DNA of 64,000 bases. Origin: an uncultured Planctomycetota bacterium (GTDB lineage: Bacteria; Planctomycetota; Planctomycetia; Isosphaerales; Isosphaeraceae). A program made the translations under genes and the position numbers. The stretch spans positions 3,040,001-3,104,000 of the forward strand of contig CAVTTN010000002.1 of assembly GCA_963737655.1 (NCBI GenBank), given 5' to 3'. The notes under the pieces were generated by a model that was not told the DNA's origin, did no database searches, and worked only from the letters and a program-made list of their open reading frames with translations. This document shows positions 20,904-30,400 of this stretch, piece after piece; the stretch's first letter is position 1, and each line of letters begins with the position of its first letter.

Positions 20904-22292
20904 ATGGGTCGGTCGCAATCGAGGGGGGCGCCGCCGGCTCGGCCGTTCGCCGAGGCCGTCGAGGGGCGACGGCTCCCCAGCTCGGGGCCCCTCCCCGCGG
21001 GTCTGACCCATGTGGAGAGGCCCAACGTGCCGGTGGCCCCGTATTCGGCATCGTCCGATGGCGCCAGCTTCATCGACCCGTCCGCGAACGTCGCCAATGG
21101 GAATCGCGTGGTGATCGGCCGGGATTCGCTGGTCGCTCCCTTCGCCGTGCTGGATGGCCGTCGGGGCGTGGTCGGGATCGGCAGCTATTCGGCCGTCCTC
21201 GACAATGCCCACCTCCTGACCGGCCCCGGCGACGGCGTCCCCTCCGGCCGGATCAACGTCGGGGACTCGGTCGAGGTCGGTTCCGGGGCCACGATCCGGG
21301 GCGGGTCGGTCCTGGGCGCGTTCGCGTCCCAGAACGGGGACCAGGCGGTCTCGCCGGTCGGGATCGGTTCCAATGCCCTGGTCGATGGCGCCACGATCCA
21401 GCCCGGCGCGATCGTGTCGAGTCTGGCGAGGGTCGGTCCCGGCGTGACGGTCCCCTCCGGGATGGTCGTCCTCCCGGGCGCGGACGTGACCACCGAAGCC
21501 CAGGCGACCGACCCGGCCCTCGGCCAGGTCCGCAAGGCCACCGCCGCGGATCTCTCCGACCTCGGCCTGAACCTGGCGCACGACAACGCCCTGGCCCTGG
21601 GCTATGCGAAGCTCTACCGGGGCAATTCCTCGACGGGCTCGTCGCCCGGCGCGAGATCGGGTGTCAGCGGGGTGGATAGCGGCGACCTCACGACCGTCGA
21701 GGGGACCAGTCCCGAACCGGGATCGACCAACGGCGTCACGTTCGAGCCGTCCAAACCGACCGGCCCGACCTTCCCCGACCGCGCGGGCCAGGCCGTCCAG
21801 GGACTCTTCGCCGCGTTTCCCGGCCGGGCTACGGGCAAGGCGACCTTCAAGGTCGCGGCCCGCAAGGTCGCGAAGGGACAGGGCGGCTCGGACTCGATCC
21901 GGGCCGACGACGGCCAGCCGATCCAGTTCGCCTCGGCGCCTCAACTCGGGCGAGGGGTGACGATCCGTTCCCCGGCGGCGATCGAAGGGAATGGATCTTC
22001 CGCAGGGTCCGGCAAGATCTCCATCGGCAAGGGATTTCAGGCGGGCGACGGATCGGTCCTGCTCGGCGGTGATCCCTCGGCCACCGCCTCGCGTTCGTGG
22101 AGCGTGACCCTGGGCGACTCGGTGACGATCGGGGCCGGGGCGGTCGTCGAGGGCTCCTCCCTCGGCTCGGGAGCGACGATCGGGCCGAGGGCTCTCGTGC
22201 TCGATTCGGAGGTCCCTGCCGGCGCGACCATCCCCCCCGGCGAGATCCTGATCGATGGCAAGGCCCAGGGGACCGTCGGATGGTCTCCCTGA
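20904..22292 (+). CDS. Left-handed beta-helix (hexapeptide repeat, gamma-carbonic-anhydrase-like) protein with planctomycete export motif
   Basis: AEAVEGRRLPS motif; SFIDPSA, VIGRDSLVAPFA, IGSNALVDGATIQPGAIV, LGDSVTIGAGAVV hexapeptides. Confidence 0.7.
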   Translation: MGRSQSRGAPPARPFAEAVEGRRLPSSGPLPAGLTHVERPNVPVAPYSASSDGASFIDPSANVANGNRVVIGRDSLVAPFAVLDGRRGVVGIGSYSAVLDNAHLLTGPGDGVPSGRINVGDSVEVGSGATIRGGSVLGAFASQNGDQAVSPVGIGSNALVDGATIQPGAIVSSLARVGPGVTVPSGMVVLPGADVTTEAQATDPALGQVRKATAADLSDLGLNLAHDNALALGYAKLYRGNSSTGSSPGARSGVSGVDSGDLTTVEGTSPEPGSTNGVTFEPSKPTGPTFPDRAGQAVQGLFAAFPGRATGKATFKVAARKVAKGQGGSDSIRADDGQPIQFASAPQLGRGVTIRSPAAIEGNGSSAGSGKISIGKGFQAGDGSVLLGGDPSATASRSWSVTLGDSVTIGAGAVVEGSSLGSGATIGPRALVLDSEVPAGATIPPGEILIDGKAQGTVGWSP

Positions 22293-22349
22293 GGCGACCC
22301 CAGAACTCCTCCAATTCCGGGAAGAGAGCCATGAGCCGATCGCGGACCG

Positions 22350-22903
22350 ACCGTCGACCCGCCTTCGACACGACCGACCCAGTGCTTGGCGCAGGCAACC
22401 ACGCGATCGGGCCGGCCCAGGTCTTCCCATCGCGGGTCGCGACCGATCCCGACCATCGGCGCGAACGTCTAGCGAACGCCTCGCGACGAGGCCTCCTCGG
22501 CGGCGATCCGCGACGCCGTCTCGAGGCTCGCCGGGTCCCAGGATGAGGCCATCTCGAGCGGGACCGGGAAAATCGTCCGATAGCCGTGGGTCACGTCGAA
22601 TCCAAACAAGAGCGGCACTCGCGACGGCGACTCCTCGACGGCCACCTTCTGTGCCCGATTGGCGTGTTCGACCCCCCGGACGTTGAGGAATGACCCGATT
22701 TTCCCCCGGCGGACAAGGTCGAGCTGCCCCTCCATCGAGGCGCCGGTCTCTCCCTTGCCGCTCACCTGTTCGAGCTGGCCGACCCTCTCCTCGAGGGTCA
22801 TCCGGCGCAGGAGGGCGTCCATCCTCTCGTCGATCTCGTCCCCGCGAGCCGGGGCGAAAGACCCAAGCCCGGCGAGGATCGCCATCAGGAACGGGACTCG
22901 CAT
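22350..22903 (-). pseudogene. bglX: Decayed GH3 beta-glucosidase (BglX-like) N-terminal remnant
   Basis: MTLEERVGQL, PLLFGFDVTHGYRTIFPVPL, ASSWDP; GVR-TAG-TFAPMVGIGRDPRW (Trp to stop); then jumps to ACAKHW; rest of gene absent. Confidence 0.85.
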
Positions 22904-23083
22904 CGGGAACTCCGTCCGGGGCCCTTCACGTCGAACCCGCCGAGGGAACGTTCCCCGACGACCCATCGGCCTGGCTCCGGAGCAAGCGACGGGCCGTTCT
23001 CCCGCGGGCGAGGCCGTGATAACATGGTCAGAGAGACATTTCGAGTTGGCCCATCGTTTCGCCCAGCTCCCGGGAACCTACCG

Positions 23084-24190
23084 ATGCCCCCGAGCGACTT
23101 CCCCCTGAAGCGGATCGACCACGTCCGGTTCGTCGTCGGCAACGCCCGGCAATCGGCCTATTTTTATCGGAATGCGTTCGGGTTCGACGTCGTCGCCTAT
23201 TCCGGGCTCGAGACCGGGGTGCGCGACCGGGCCAGCTACGTTTTGCGACAGGGAGAGATCACGTTCGTCCTCTCCTCGCCGCTCAGCCCGGATAACCCCG
23301 ACAATGACCGGTTGATGTCTCACGGCGACGGCGTGGAATCGATCGCCCTGGAGGTCGAGGACGTGCCGGCGGCCTACGAGGCCGCCGTTTCGCGGGGCGC
23401 GGTCGGCCTGACCCCTCCGAAGCTCCTGGAAGACGATCACGGCGTCCTGGTCGTCGCCGAGATCGCCGCCTACGGCGACACCCGCCATGCCTTCATCGAC
23501 CGATCCCGATATGGCGGCGTCTTCGCGCCCGGGTACAAGCCCATCGACCCCGACCGATACAGCCCCCGGAGCTTCCGCGCCTGCGGCCTCCACGCGATCG
23601 ACCACGTCGTGGCGAACGTCGAGGAGGGGAAGATGGACGAGTGGGTCCACTTCTACGCCAAGGTCATGGGCTTCTCCCTGCTCGCGTCGTTCGACGACAC
23701 CGACATCAGCACCGAGTACTCGGCGCTGATGTCCAAGGTCGTCTCCGACGGCCAGGGCCGGATCAAGTTCCCGATCAACGAGCCGGCGAAGGGCCGCCGT
23801 CGGTCCCAGATCGAGGAATACCTCAAGTTCCACAACGGGCCGGGCGTCCAGCACATCGCGATGGCCACGGAGGACATCGTCGAGACCGTCCGCGCCATGC
23901 AGGCCAACGACGTCTCGTTCCTCCGGGTCCCGGCCGCCTACTACGAGATGCTGCCCGACCGCGTCGGCGAGATCCAGGAGGCGATCTCGGACCTCGCCGA
24001 GCTCGGCATCCTCGTCGATCGCGACGACGAAGGTTACCTCCTCCAAATCTTCACCAAGCCCGTTTCCGACCGCCCCACCGTCTTCTTCGAAATCATCGAA
24101 CGACGGGGCGCCCGCAGCTTCGGCAAGGGCAACTTCAAGGCCCTCTTCGAGTCGATCGAGCGTGAGCAAGAGAAACGCGGGACCCTGTAG
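23084..24190 (+). CDS. hppD: 4-hydroxyphenylpyruvate dioxygenase
   Basis: IDHVVANV, SALMSKVV, KFPINEP, SQIEEYL, GVQHIA, YLLQIFTKP, FGKGNFKALFESIEREQ. Confidence 0.97.
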   Translation: MPPSDFPLKRIDHVRFVVGNARQSAYFYRNAFGFDVVAYSGLETGVRDRASYVLRQGEITFVLSSPLSPDNPDNDRLMSHGDGVESIALEVEDVPAAYEAAVSRGAVGLTPPKLLEDDHGVLVVAEIAAYGDTRHAFIDRSRYGGVFAPGYKPIDPDRYSPRSFRACGLHAIDHVVANVEEGKMDEWVHFYAKVMGFSLLASFDDTDISTEYSALMSKVVSDGQGRIKFPINEPAKGRRRSQIEEYLKFHNGPGVQHIAMATEDIVETVRAMQANDVSFLRVPAAYYEMLPDRVGEIQEAISDLAELGILVDRDDEGYLLQIFTKPVSDRPTVFFEIIERRGARSFGKGNFKALFESIEREQEKRGTL

Positions 24191-24240
24191 CATCCGGAAA
24201 AGCACCCATTTCGGGATGGTGCATTTCATGCACCCTACCT

Positions 24241-24966
24241 ATGCGCGGTCCACTCCCGGAAATCCGTTCCCTCCGCGACTTCTACGCCTTCGAGCAGCAC
24301 GTCAAGACGTGCCGGGGCCATCGCGGACTCGACATGGTCCCCGAATGGTATCGAATCCCGGCGTTCTACTTCGGCAACCCCGCCGGCATCCTCGGACACG
24401 ACGCCCCGGTCTTCGCCCCGATCGGCTCGAACGCGCTGGACTTCGAGCTGGAAATCGCCTGCGTGATCGGCTCTCCGGCACGCGATCTGCCCGAAGATGA
24501 TCGCGCGCTCGACTGCGTCGCCGGGTTTACGATCATGAATGACTGGAGCGCCCGGGACCTCCAGGCGATCGAGATGAAGGTCGGCCTCGGCCCGAGCAAG
24601 GGGAAGGATTTCGCCACCTCGCTCGGCCCCGAGCTGGTCTCCTTCGACGAGCTGGCCGTCGCCTACCGAGACGGCCGGCTCCACCTGGCGATGACGGCCT
24701 CGGTCAACGGCCGAATCCTCTCCCGAGGCGACTCCGGCACGATGCACTGGACCTGGCCGCAGGTCCTGGCGCACGCCAGCCGTGACGTGGACCTCCGCCC
24801 CGGCGACGCGATCGGCTCGGGGACCGTCGGCACCGGCTGCATCCTGGAGCTGACCCCGGAGGCGGTCGGGGGTTGGCTCAAGCCGGGCGACGTGGTGGAA
24901 TTGACCGTCGAACGGCTCGGGACTCTCCGCAACCGAATCGTCTCAAACCCCCGAACGGCCTCCTGA
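24241..24966 (+). CDS. fahA: Fumarylacetoacetate hydrolase family protein
   Basis: RDFYAFEQH, LDFELEIA, NDWSARDLQ, KGKDFATSLGP, GSGTVGTGC; lies between hppD and hmgA. Confidence 0.85.
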   Translation: MRGPLPEIRSLRDFYAFEQHVKTCRGHRGLDMVPEWYRIPAFYFGNPAGILGHDAPVFAPIGSNALDFELEIACVIGSPARDLPEDDRALDCVAGFTIMNDWSARDLQAIEMKVGLGPSKGKDFATSLGPELVSFDELAVAYRDGRLHLAMTASVNGRILSRGDSGTMHWTWPQVLAHASRDVDLRPGDAIGSGTVGTGCILELTPEAVGGWLKPGDVVELTVERLGTLRNRIVSNPRTAS

Positions 24967-24980
24967 CGAGGGCCCCTCCC

Positions 24981-26149
24981 ATGCCCCCGTATCTCCGGCT
25001 CGGATCGATCCCCCGGAAGCGCCACATCGCCCACCCGGCCTCGCCGGGGTATCGGGGCGAGGGGATCTATTATGAGGAAGTTATCACGATTGGAGGGTTC
25101 GGACGGGCTTATAGCATCGTCTATCACCTCCGGCCGCCGACCCGCGTCGTGAGGATCGAGCCCGCCGGGACGGTCCCCCTCGAATTCTCCGAGGAAACCG
25201 CCCTCCGCCACCACCACTTCAAGACGGGCCGGCTCGAACCCGGCGGCGACCCCGTCTCCGGCCGCATTCCGATCCTTGGAAATGACGATGTGTGCATGTT
25301 TCGGTGCCGCCCTGACCGCCCCCAGGCCGAACTCTTCCGCAACGCCGGGGCCGACGAGGTGATCTTCGTCCAGTCCGGCCGAGGGACGCTCCACACCCAG
25401 TTCGGCCCCCTGCCGTTCCGACCGTTCGATTATGTGGTGATCCCGCAATGCACCACGTATCGCCTCGAATTCGCCGCGGAAAGCCGCCCGGACTTGCTGA
25501 TCCTCGAATCGACGGGGACGGTCGCCGTCCCGCCGCGATATCTGAACCCGGACGGCCAGATCAAGCTGGGGGCCCCTATTCCGAACGGGATTTGCACGGC
25601 CCAGGCCGCCCCGAGCCGATCGACGAGGAGCGAGAGACGCCCGTCGTCATCAAGGACGGCCTCCGCCTGACCCGTTACGTGATGGCGAGCCATCCCTTCG
25701 ATGTCGTCGGCTGGGACGGCATGGCGTACCCCTTCACCTTCAACGCCGACGACTTCGAGCCGATCACGGGCACGGTCCACCAGCCCCCGCCCATCCAGCA
25801 GACCTTCGAAGCCCCCGGGTTCGTCGTCTGCACGTTCGCGCCCAGGATGCTGGACACCCATCCCGAGGCGATCAAGGTGCCGTATGCCCATTCGAACGTC
25901 CAGGCCGATGAGGTCCTGTATTACGTCCGGGGCCGATTCGGCAGTCGTCGAGGGGTCGAGGAGGCGTCGATCACGCTCCATCCCCGAGGCATCCCGCACG
26001 GCCCTCATCCCGGGACGATCGTCGCCAGCCGCGACATGACCCGGACCGACGAGCTCGCGGTGATGGTCGACACGTCTCGACCGCTGCGGATCGCCCGAGC
26101 CGCCCTGCCGATGGATGATCCTGCTTACCCGTTGAGCTGGATCGATTAG
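24981..26149 (+). CDS. hmgA: Homogentisate 1,2-dioxygenase, frameshift near 25575
   Basis: GSIPRKRH, FRNAGADE, HPFDVVGWDG, FEPITGTVHQPPP, PYAHSNV, TLHPRGIPHGPHPG, ELAVMVDT; one C missing in a C run. Confidence 0.9.
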
Positions 26150-26170
26150 GGATCGCGAAACCAGCTCGGC

Positions 26171-27499
26171 CTATGAGCGGATGAGTTCGTGCACCGGCGA
26201 GGCCGTCCCCGGCAGGATCGTCACGGGGCGTCCCGTCGGGTCGCTGACGAAGCCGTGAGGGTCGATGCCGAGGTTGTGGTAGACCGTCGCGAGGACGTCG
26301 TGATAGTGGACAGGCCTCGACGCGGCGTAGGCGCCGAGGCGGTCGGTCGAGCCGATGTACTGGCCGACGTTCATGCCCCCTCCGGCGAGGATCGCGCTGT
26401 TGACCGGGGCCCAGTGGTCCCGGCCGGCTTGCTTGTTGATCTTCGGAGTCCGGCCGAACTCGCCCCAGACGAGGACCGTGACGTCCCGGTCGAGCCCCCG
26501 GGCGTGGATGTCCTCGACGAGGGCCGAGACGCCCTGATCGAACAGCGGCAGATGGCGGCGGAGGTGGTTGAAGTTGTCGCCGTGGGTGTCCCAGAACCCA
26601 TAGGCCACCGTCACGACCCGGGCCCCGGCCTCGACGAGTCGCCTCGCCGCCAGCAGCTGGTCATTCCACATCGGGGCGCCGTCGCCCAGGTGCTTCGCGG
26701 AGCCTCGCCCATAGCGGTCCCGCAACCTGGGGTCTTCTCGCTCGACGTCCAGCGCCTTCGCGACCTTGTCCGAGGCCAGAACGTCGAAGGCGCGGCGGTA
26801 CGTGCCGTCCATCGCTTCGAGGCTCTGCGAGTCGATCCGCCGCCTTAGCGAGTCGAACCGTTCGAGGAGGCCCTTGCGGCCCGAGAAGCGCTCGGCCGAG
26901 ACGGCGGTTTGCTCCATCAGGCGCTGGTCCTCGCCGTCCATCCTCGCTCCGGCGGCCGTGGGGCCGAGGAAGCCGGGGCCGGGGGCGTTGTAGGGCTTGT
27001 GCTGCATCGTGGGGAACAGGTCGATGAACGGCGGGACGACCGGGTCTCTCGGCCCTTGCACCCGCGACACGACCGAGCCGAAATGCGGCTTCCCCTCGCG
27101 CTGGCTGATCGATTGGTTGAAGCCGGTGAGGCTCTGGAAGCTCGAATGCTCGTCCCTCTGGCCGACGACCGAGCGAATCACGGCGATCTTGTCCATCGCC
27201 AGGGCCGTCATCGGCAGGAGCTCGCAGACCTGTAAGCCCGGGACGCGGCTGGCGATCGGCTTGAACTCGCCGCGGACCTCCTTGGGCGAATCCGGCTTCA
27301 AATCAAACGTATCCTGATGCGAAATCCCGCCCGATAGGTAGACCATGATGACCGACTTGCCCGACGACCCGCCCGAGGCCGCCTCGGCCCGGAGCAAATC
27401 CGGCAACGCCAGGCCGCCGAGGGCCAATCCGCCCAGGCGGAGGAACGACCGGCGGGTCACCCCGTCGCAGAAGGTCCGGCCCTCGGTGCCCTGGCTCAT
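26171..27499 (-). CDS. DUF1501 family protein (Tat signal)
   Basis: FCDGVTRRSFL, YLSGGISHQDTFDLKP, ARRLVEAG, WDTH, WGEFGRTP, GRDHW. Confidence 0.93.
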   Translation of the reverse strand: MSQGTEGRTFCDGVTRRSFLRLGGLALGGLALPDLLRAEAASGGSSGKSVIMVYLSGGISHQDTFDLKPDSPKEVRGEFKPIASRVPGLQVCELLPMTALAMDKIAVIRSVVGQRDEHSSFQSLTGFNQSISQREGKPHFGSVVSRVQGPRDPVVPPFIDLFPTMQHKPYNAPGPGFLGPTAAGARMDGEDQRLMEQTAVSAERFSGRKGLLERFDSLRRRIDSQSLEAMDGTYRRAFDVLASDKVAKALDVEREDPRLRDRYGRGSAKHLGDGAPMWNDQLLAARRLVEAGARVVTVAYGFWDTHGDNFNHLRRHLPLFDQGVSALVEDIHARGLDRDVTVLVWGEFGRTPKINKQAGRDHWAPVNSAILAGGGMNVGQYIGSTDRLGAYAASRPVHYHDVLATVYHNLGIDPHGFVSDPTGRPVTILPGTASPVHELIRS

Positions 27500-27693
27500 C
27501 GTCGCCTCCCCCTCCCGATTCCTCGGATCACCGTCGAAGTTTAACATTCGCTGGAGCCTTCGGGAAGCGAGTCCTGGGCCGGTCGATGGTCGGGGGGGAA
27601 TTCTTTTGCAATCGCGCGTCGGCGGCCCGAGAATGCGGAGGCCCTTCGAGGGGCGACGTAACCCGTGCCGAGGTCAGGCTCTCCAGGAATTCG

Positions 27694-30345
27694 ATGATGA
27701 ACCGAAATGTGCGTTCGATGGCCCTCGCGGTCGCCCTGGCGGTCGCGTGGGGTTCGGGTGTCTTATCGCCGCGGGTTGCGTATGCCCAGATCAACCCCGA
27801 GGCCCTGAGGGCGGGCAAGGACGCCACGGCGTTGGTCGAGTCGGAGGACGAGGAAGGGGTCGCGGCCTCGGCGTTCTGCATCGATCCCGGGGGCCTCTTC
27901 GTGACCAGCGCCCACGCGGCCGAGGCCGGCTCCCGGTTCCGCCTGATCCTCCATGCGGGGCGGCCCACGCAGGTCACGGTGAAGGCCCGGGTCGTCCGGT
28001 CCGACAAGAAATCGGACCTCGCCCTGCTCCAGGCCGAGGGGGCCGGGCCGTTCCGGCCCCTGGAGCTGGGCCGGGACGACGAGCTGATCGAGACCATGGA
28101 CGTGGTCGCCTTCGGCTACCCGTTCGGCAAGGCCAAGGGCAGGCTGAAGGGGGAGGACGTCCCGAGCGTGAGCGTGAACACGGGGCGGATCACCTCGCTG
28201 CCGTCGCCCGGCGGGAAGCTCTCGGCGATCCAGCTCGACGTGGTGCTCAACCCGGGGAACTCGGGCGGGCCGGTCCTGGACCGGGCGGGGAAGGTGATCG
28301 GGGTGGTCCAGGGGGGCATCCGGGGCTCGGGGGTGAATTTCGCCGTCCCGGTCGGGAGGCTGGCCGAGATGCTCGAATCCCCCGTGGTCCTCCTGGAGGC
28401 CCCGGGCCTGAGCTTCGCCACGAGGCAAGCGCCGGCGGACTGGACCGTCCGCGTGATCCCCAAGGCCAGGGCCGAGGGGGCGACGGTGGGGATCGCCCTG
28501 TCGGTCGATGGCGGGGAGGCCCGGACGGTGGAGGCGAAGCCCTCGGGGCGAGGCGACGGCACGTTCGTGGCCCGGGTCGCCCCGGTGCCGGGCGGCGCCC
28601 CCGCGGCGGCGACCCTGGCGATCCGGGCCGAGTTCCCGGCCGGGCAGGTCGAGGGACGGATCGCCGACCGCGCCGTGACGGCCGGGGGCCGCACCCTCCG
28701 CCTCTCCGAGGTCGCCACGATCCGGACCGGGCCGCCCCCGACCCTGGTCCTCCACGAAGGGGCCGAGGTCCCCGCCGGACCGGCCGGGATCGGGGCCTCG
28801 ACGATCGACCTGGGCGGGCCCTCCGTGACGGTGGACCTGGCGAAGGCGTCCCGGGTCGAGCTGGAGAGGCCGAGGGCGGCGTCGGCCTCGTTGCGGTGTA
28901 CCGTGACCGTCCGCAAGGGGGGGACGCCGGTGGCGACCCTCGAACGGGGCTTCGAGCTGACCGAGGCGGGCGGCTCGACGGGCGCCCCGGGCGAGTCCGG
29001 CCCTCTCGCCGCGATCAAGTCGCCGGCGCTCGACTCCGACCGGGTCGAGATCAAGCTGCCCGGGGCCGTCACCGACGTCGTCCAGGCCGCCGGGGGCCGC
29101 CTCCTCCTCCTGGTCATGAGGGACCTGAAGAAGCTCGCCGTCTTCGACGTGAACGCCGGCAAGGTCGTCCGCCTCCTCGGCCTGCCGGCGGACGACGCCC
29201 TGGTGGTCGCCGGGTCGAGGAAGTTCCTGGTCCTCTCCACGTCCCAGGGGATCATCCAGCGCTGGGACCTCGCGACCCTGGAGCGGGAGCGGGTCTCTCC
29301 GATCCCCATCGAGGGCTCGGTCTGGGCCCTGGCGATGGGATCGGCGTCGAACGGGCCGGTCATGTACTTCGCCACGGCCGAGGGCCGGAACGGCTTCGGG
29401 GCCGCCTGGTTCGGGTTCCTCGACCTGGAGGGCCTGAGGCCGATCCGGGGCTTCACCCAGCTCAACGTCTGGATGGGCAATCGTCAGAACGTCCAGGGCG
29501 AGGCCCAGCAGGCCGGGAGGCTCACGTCGCCCCACTTCTCCCAGCCGAACGAGCGGGTCCAGCTCCGCGCGTCGCCCGGCGGTGAGGTGTTCGCGGCGTG
29601 GTCGATGACCCACTCGCCCGAGGGGATGCTCGACTTCATCTGGAAGGACAGGAAGACGCTGGAGACCGGCTACGAGCATTCCGGGGTGGGGTACCTCGTG
29701 CCGGGCCCCGACGCCCGGACCCTGTTCACCCGGAACGGCCTCTTCGGCCTGGACCTGAAGCCGGCCCGCGGCGACTCGCCGAAGATGGGGGCCCTGGTCC
29801 CGTCCACCTCGCCCGGATTCTTCGTCGGGCTCCAGGGCAAGAAGGCCTCGCTCTTCCTGCCCGGGAACACCTCCCCTCTGGTCGCGATCGGGGACCTCGC
29901 CGAGCTCGAACCCGCGGGGTCGCCGCCGCAACAGTACGGCCACCAGAACGCCGACCCGATCGCCGACAAGAGGGTCGTCTTCATCGTCGCGGCCGACCTC
30001 CTGGTGACGATCCCCAGGGGCCAGAACCTGATCGTCCTCCGCCGGGCGAGGCCCCTGGACCTCCTCCGCGCCTCCCGGATCGACTACCTCTTCGTCCAGT
30101 CGGTCCCGATCGCCGAGGCCGAGCGCGGCAAGGCCTATGAGTACGCCCTGAAGGTCCAGTCGCGGAAGGGCGGGGTGAAGTACGAGCTGAACAGCGGCCC
30201 GGACGGCATGGCGATCTCCCCGGAAGGCAAGCTCTCCTGGAACGTCCCCGGGGACTTCGCCGAGGACGAGGCCACCCCGGTCGTCCTGGTCAAGGACGCC
30301 GGAGGGCAGGAGGTCTTCCACACCTTCACGATCCGGGTGCGGTAG
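27694..30345 (+). CDS. Secreted trypsin-like (S1C) serine protease with long C-terminal region and putative Ig domain
   Basis: Signal peptide; triad motifs TSAHA, DLALL, NPGNSGGP; C-terminal SGPDGMAISPEGKLSW Ig-like domain. Confidence 0.85.
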   Translation: MMNRNVRSMALAVALAVAWGSGVLSPRVAYAQINPEALRAGKDATALVESEDEEGVAASAFCIDPGGLFVTSAHAAEAGSRFRLILHAGRPTQVTVKARVVRSDKKSDLALLQAEGAGPFRPLELGRDDELIETMDVVAFGYPFGKAKGRLKGEDVPSVSVNTGRITSLPSPGGKLSAIQLDVVLNPGNSGGPVLDRAGKVIGVVQGGIRGSGVNFAVPVGRLAEMLESPVVLLEAPGLSFATRQAPADWTVRVIPKARAEGATVGIALSVDGGEARTVEAKPSGRGDGTFVARVAPVPGGAPAAATLAIRAEFPAGQVEGRIADRAVTAGGRTLRLSEVATIRTGPPPTLVLHEGAEVPAGPAGIGASTIDLGGPSVTVDLAKASRVELERPRAASASLRCTVTVRKGGTPVATLERGFELTEAGGSTGAPGESGPLAAIKSPALDSDRVEIKLPGAVTDVVQAAGGRLLLLVMRDLKKLAVFDVNAGKVVRLLGLPADDALVVAGSRKFLVLSTSQGIIQRWDLATLERERVSPIPIEGSVWALAMGSASNGPVMYFATAEGRNGFGAAWFGFLDLEGLRPIRGFTQLNVWMGNRQNVQGEAQQAGRLTSPHFSQPNERVQLRASPGGEVFAAWSMTHSPEGMLDFIWKDRKTLETGYEHSGVGYLVPGPDARTLFTRNGLFGLDLKPARGDSPKMGALVPSTSPGFFVGLQGKKASLFLPGNTSPLVAIGDLAELEPAGSPPQQYGHQNADPIADKRVVFIVAADLLVTIPRGQNLIVLRRARPLDLLRASRIDYLFVQSVPIAEAERGKAYEYALKVQSRKGGVKYELNSGPDGMAISPEGKLSWNVPGDFAEDEATPVVLVKDAGGQEVFHTFTIRVR

Positions 30346-30357
30346 CTCGGCCCGTCG

Positions 30358-30392
30358 CCCTCGGGGTCGCGATCGGCGCGTGACCCCGAGGG
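30358..30392. terminator. Hairpin between convergent protease and FtsK genes
   Basis: ccctcggggtcgcg / cgtgaccccgaggg stem with one G-U pair; no long U tract. Confidence 0.5.
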
Positions 30393-30400
30393 AAACCGCC

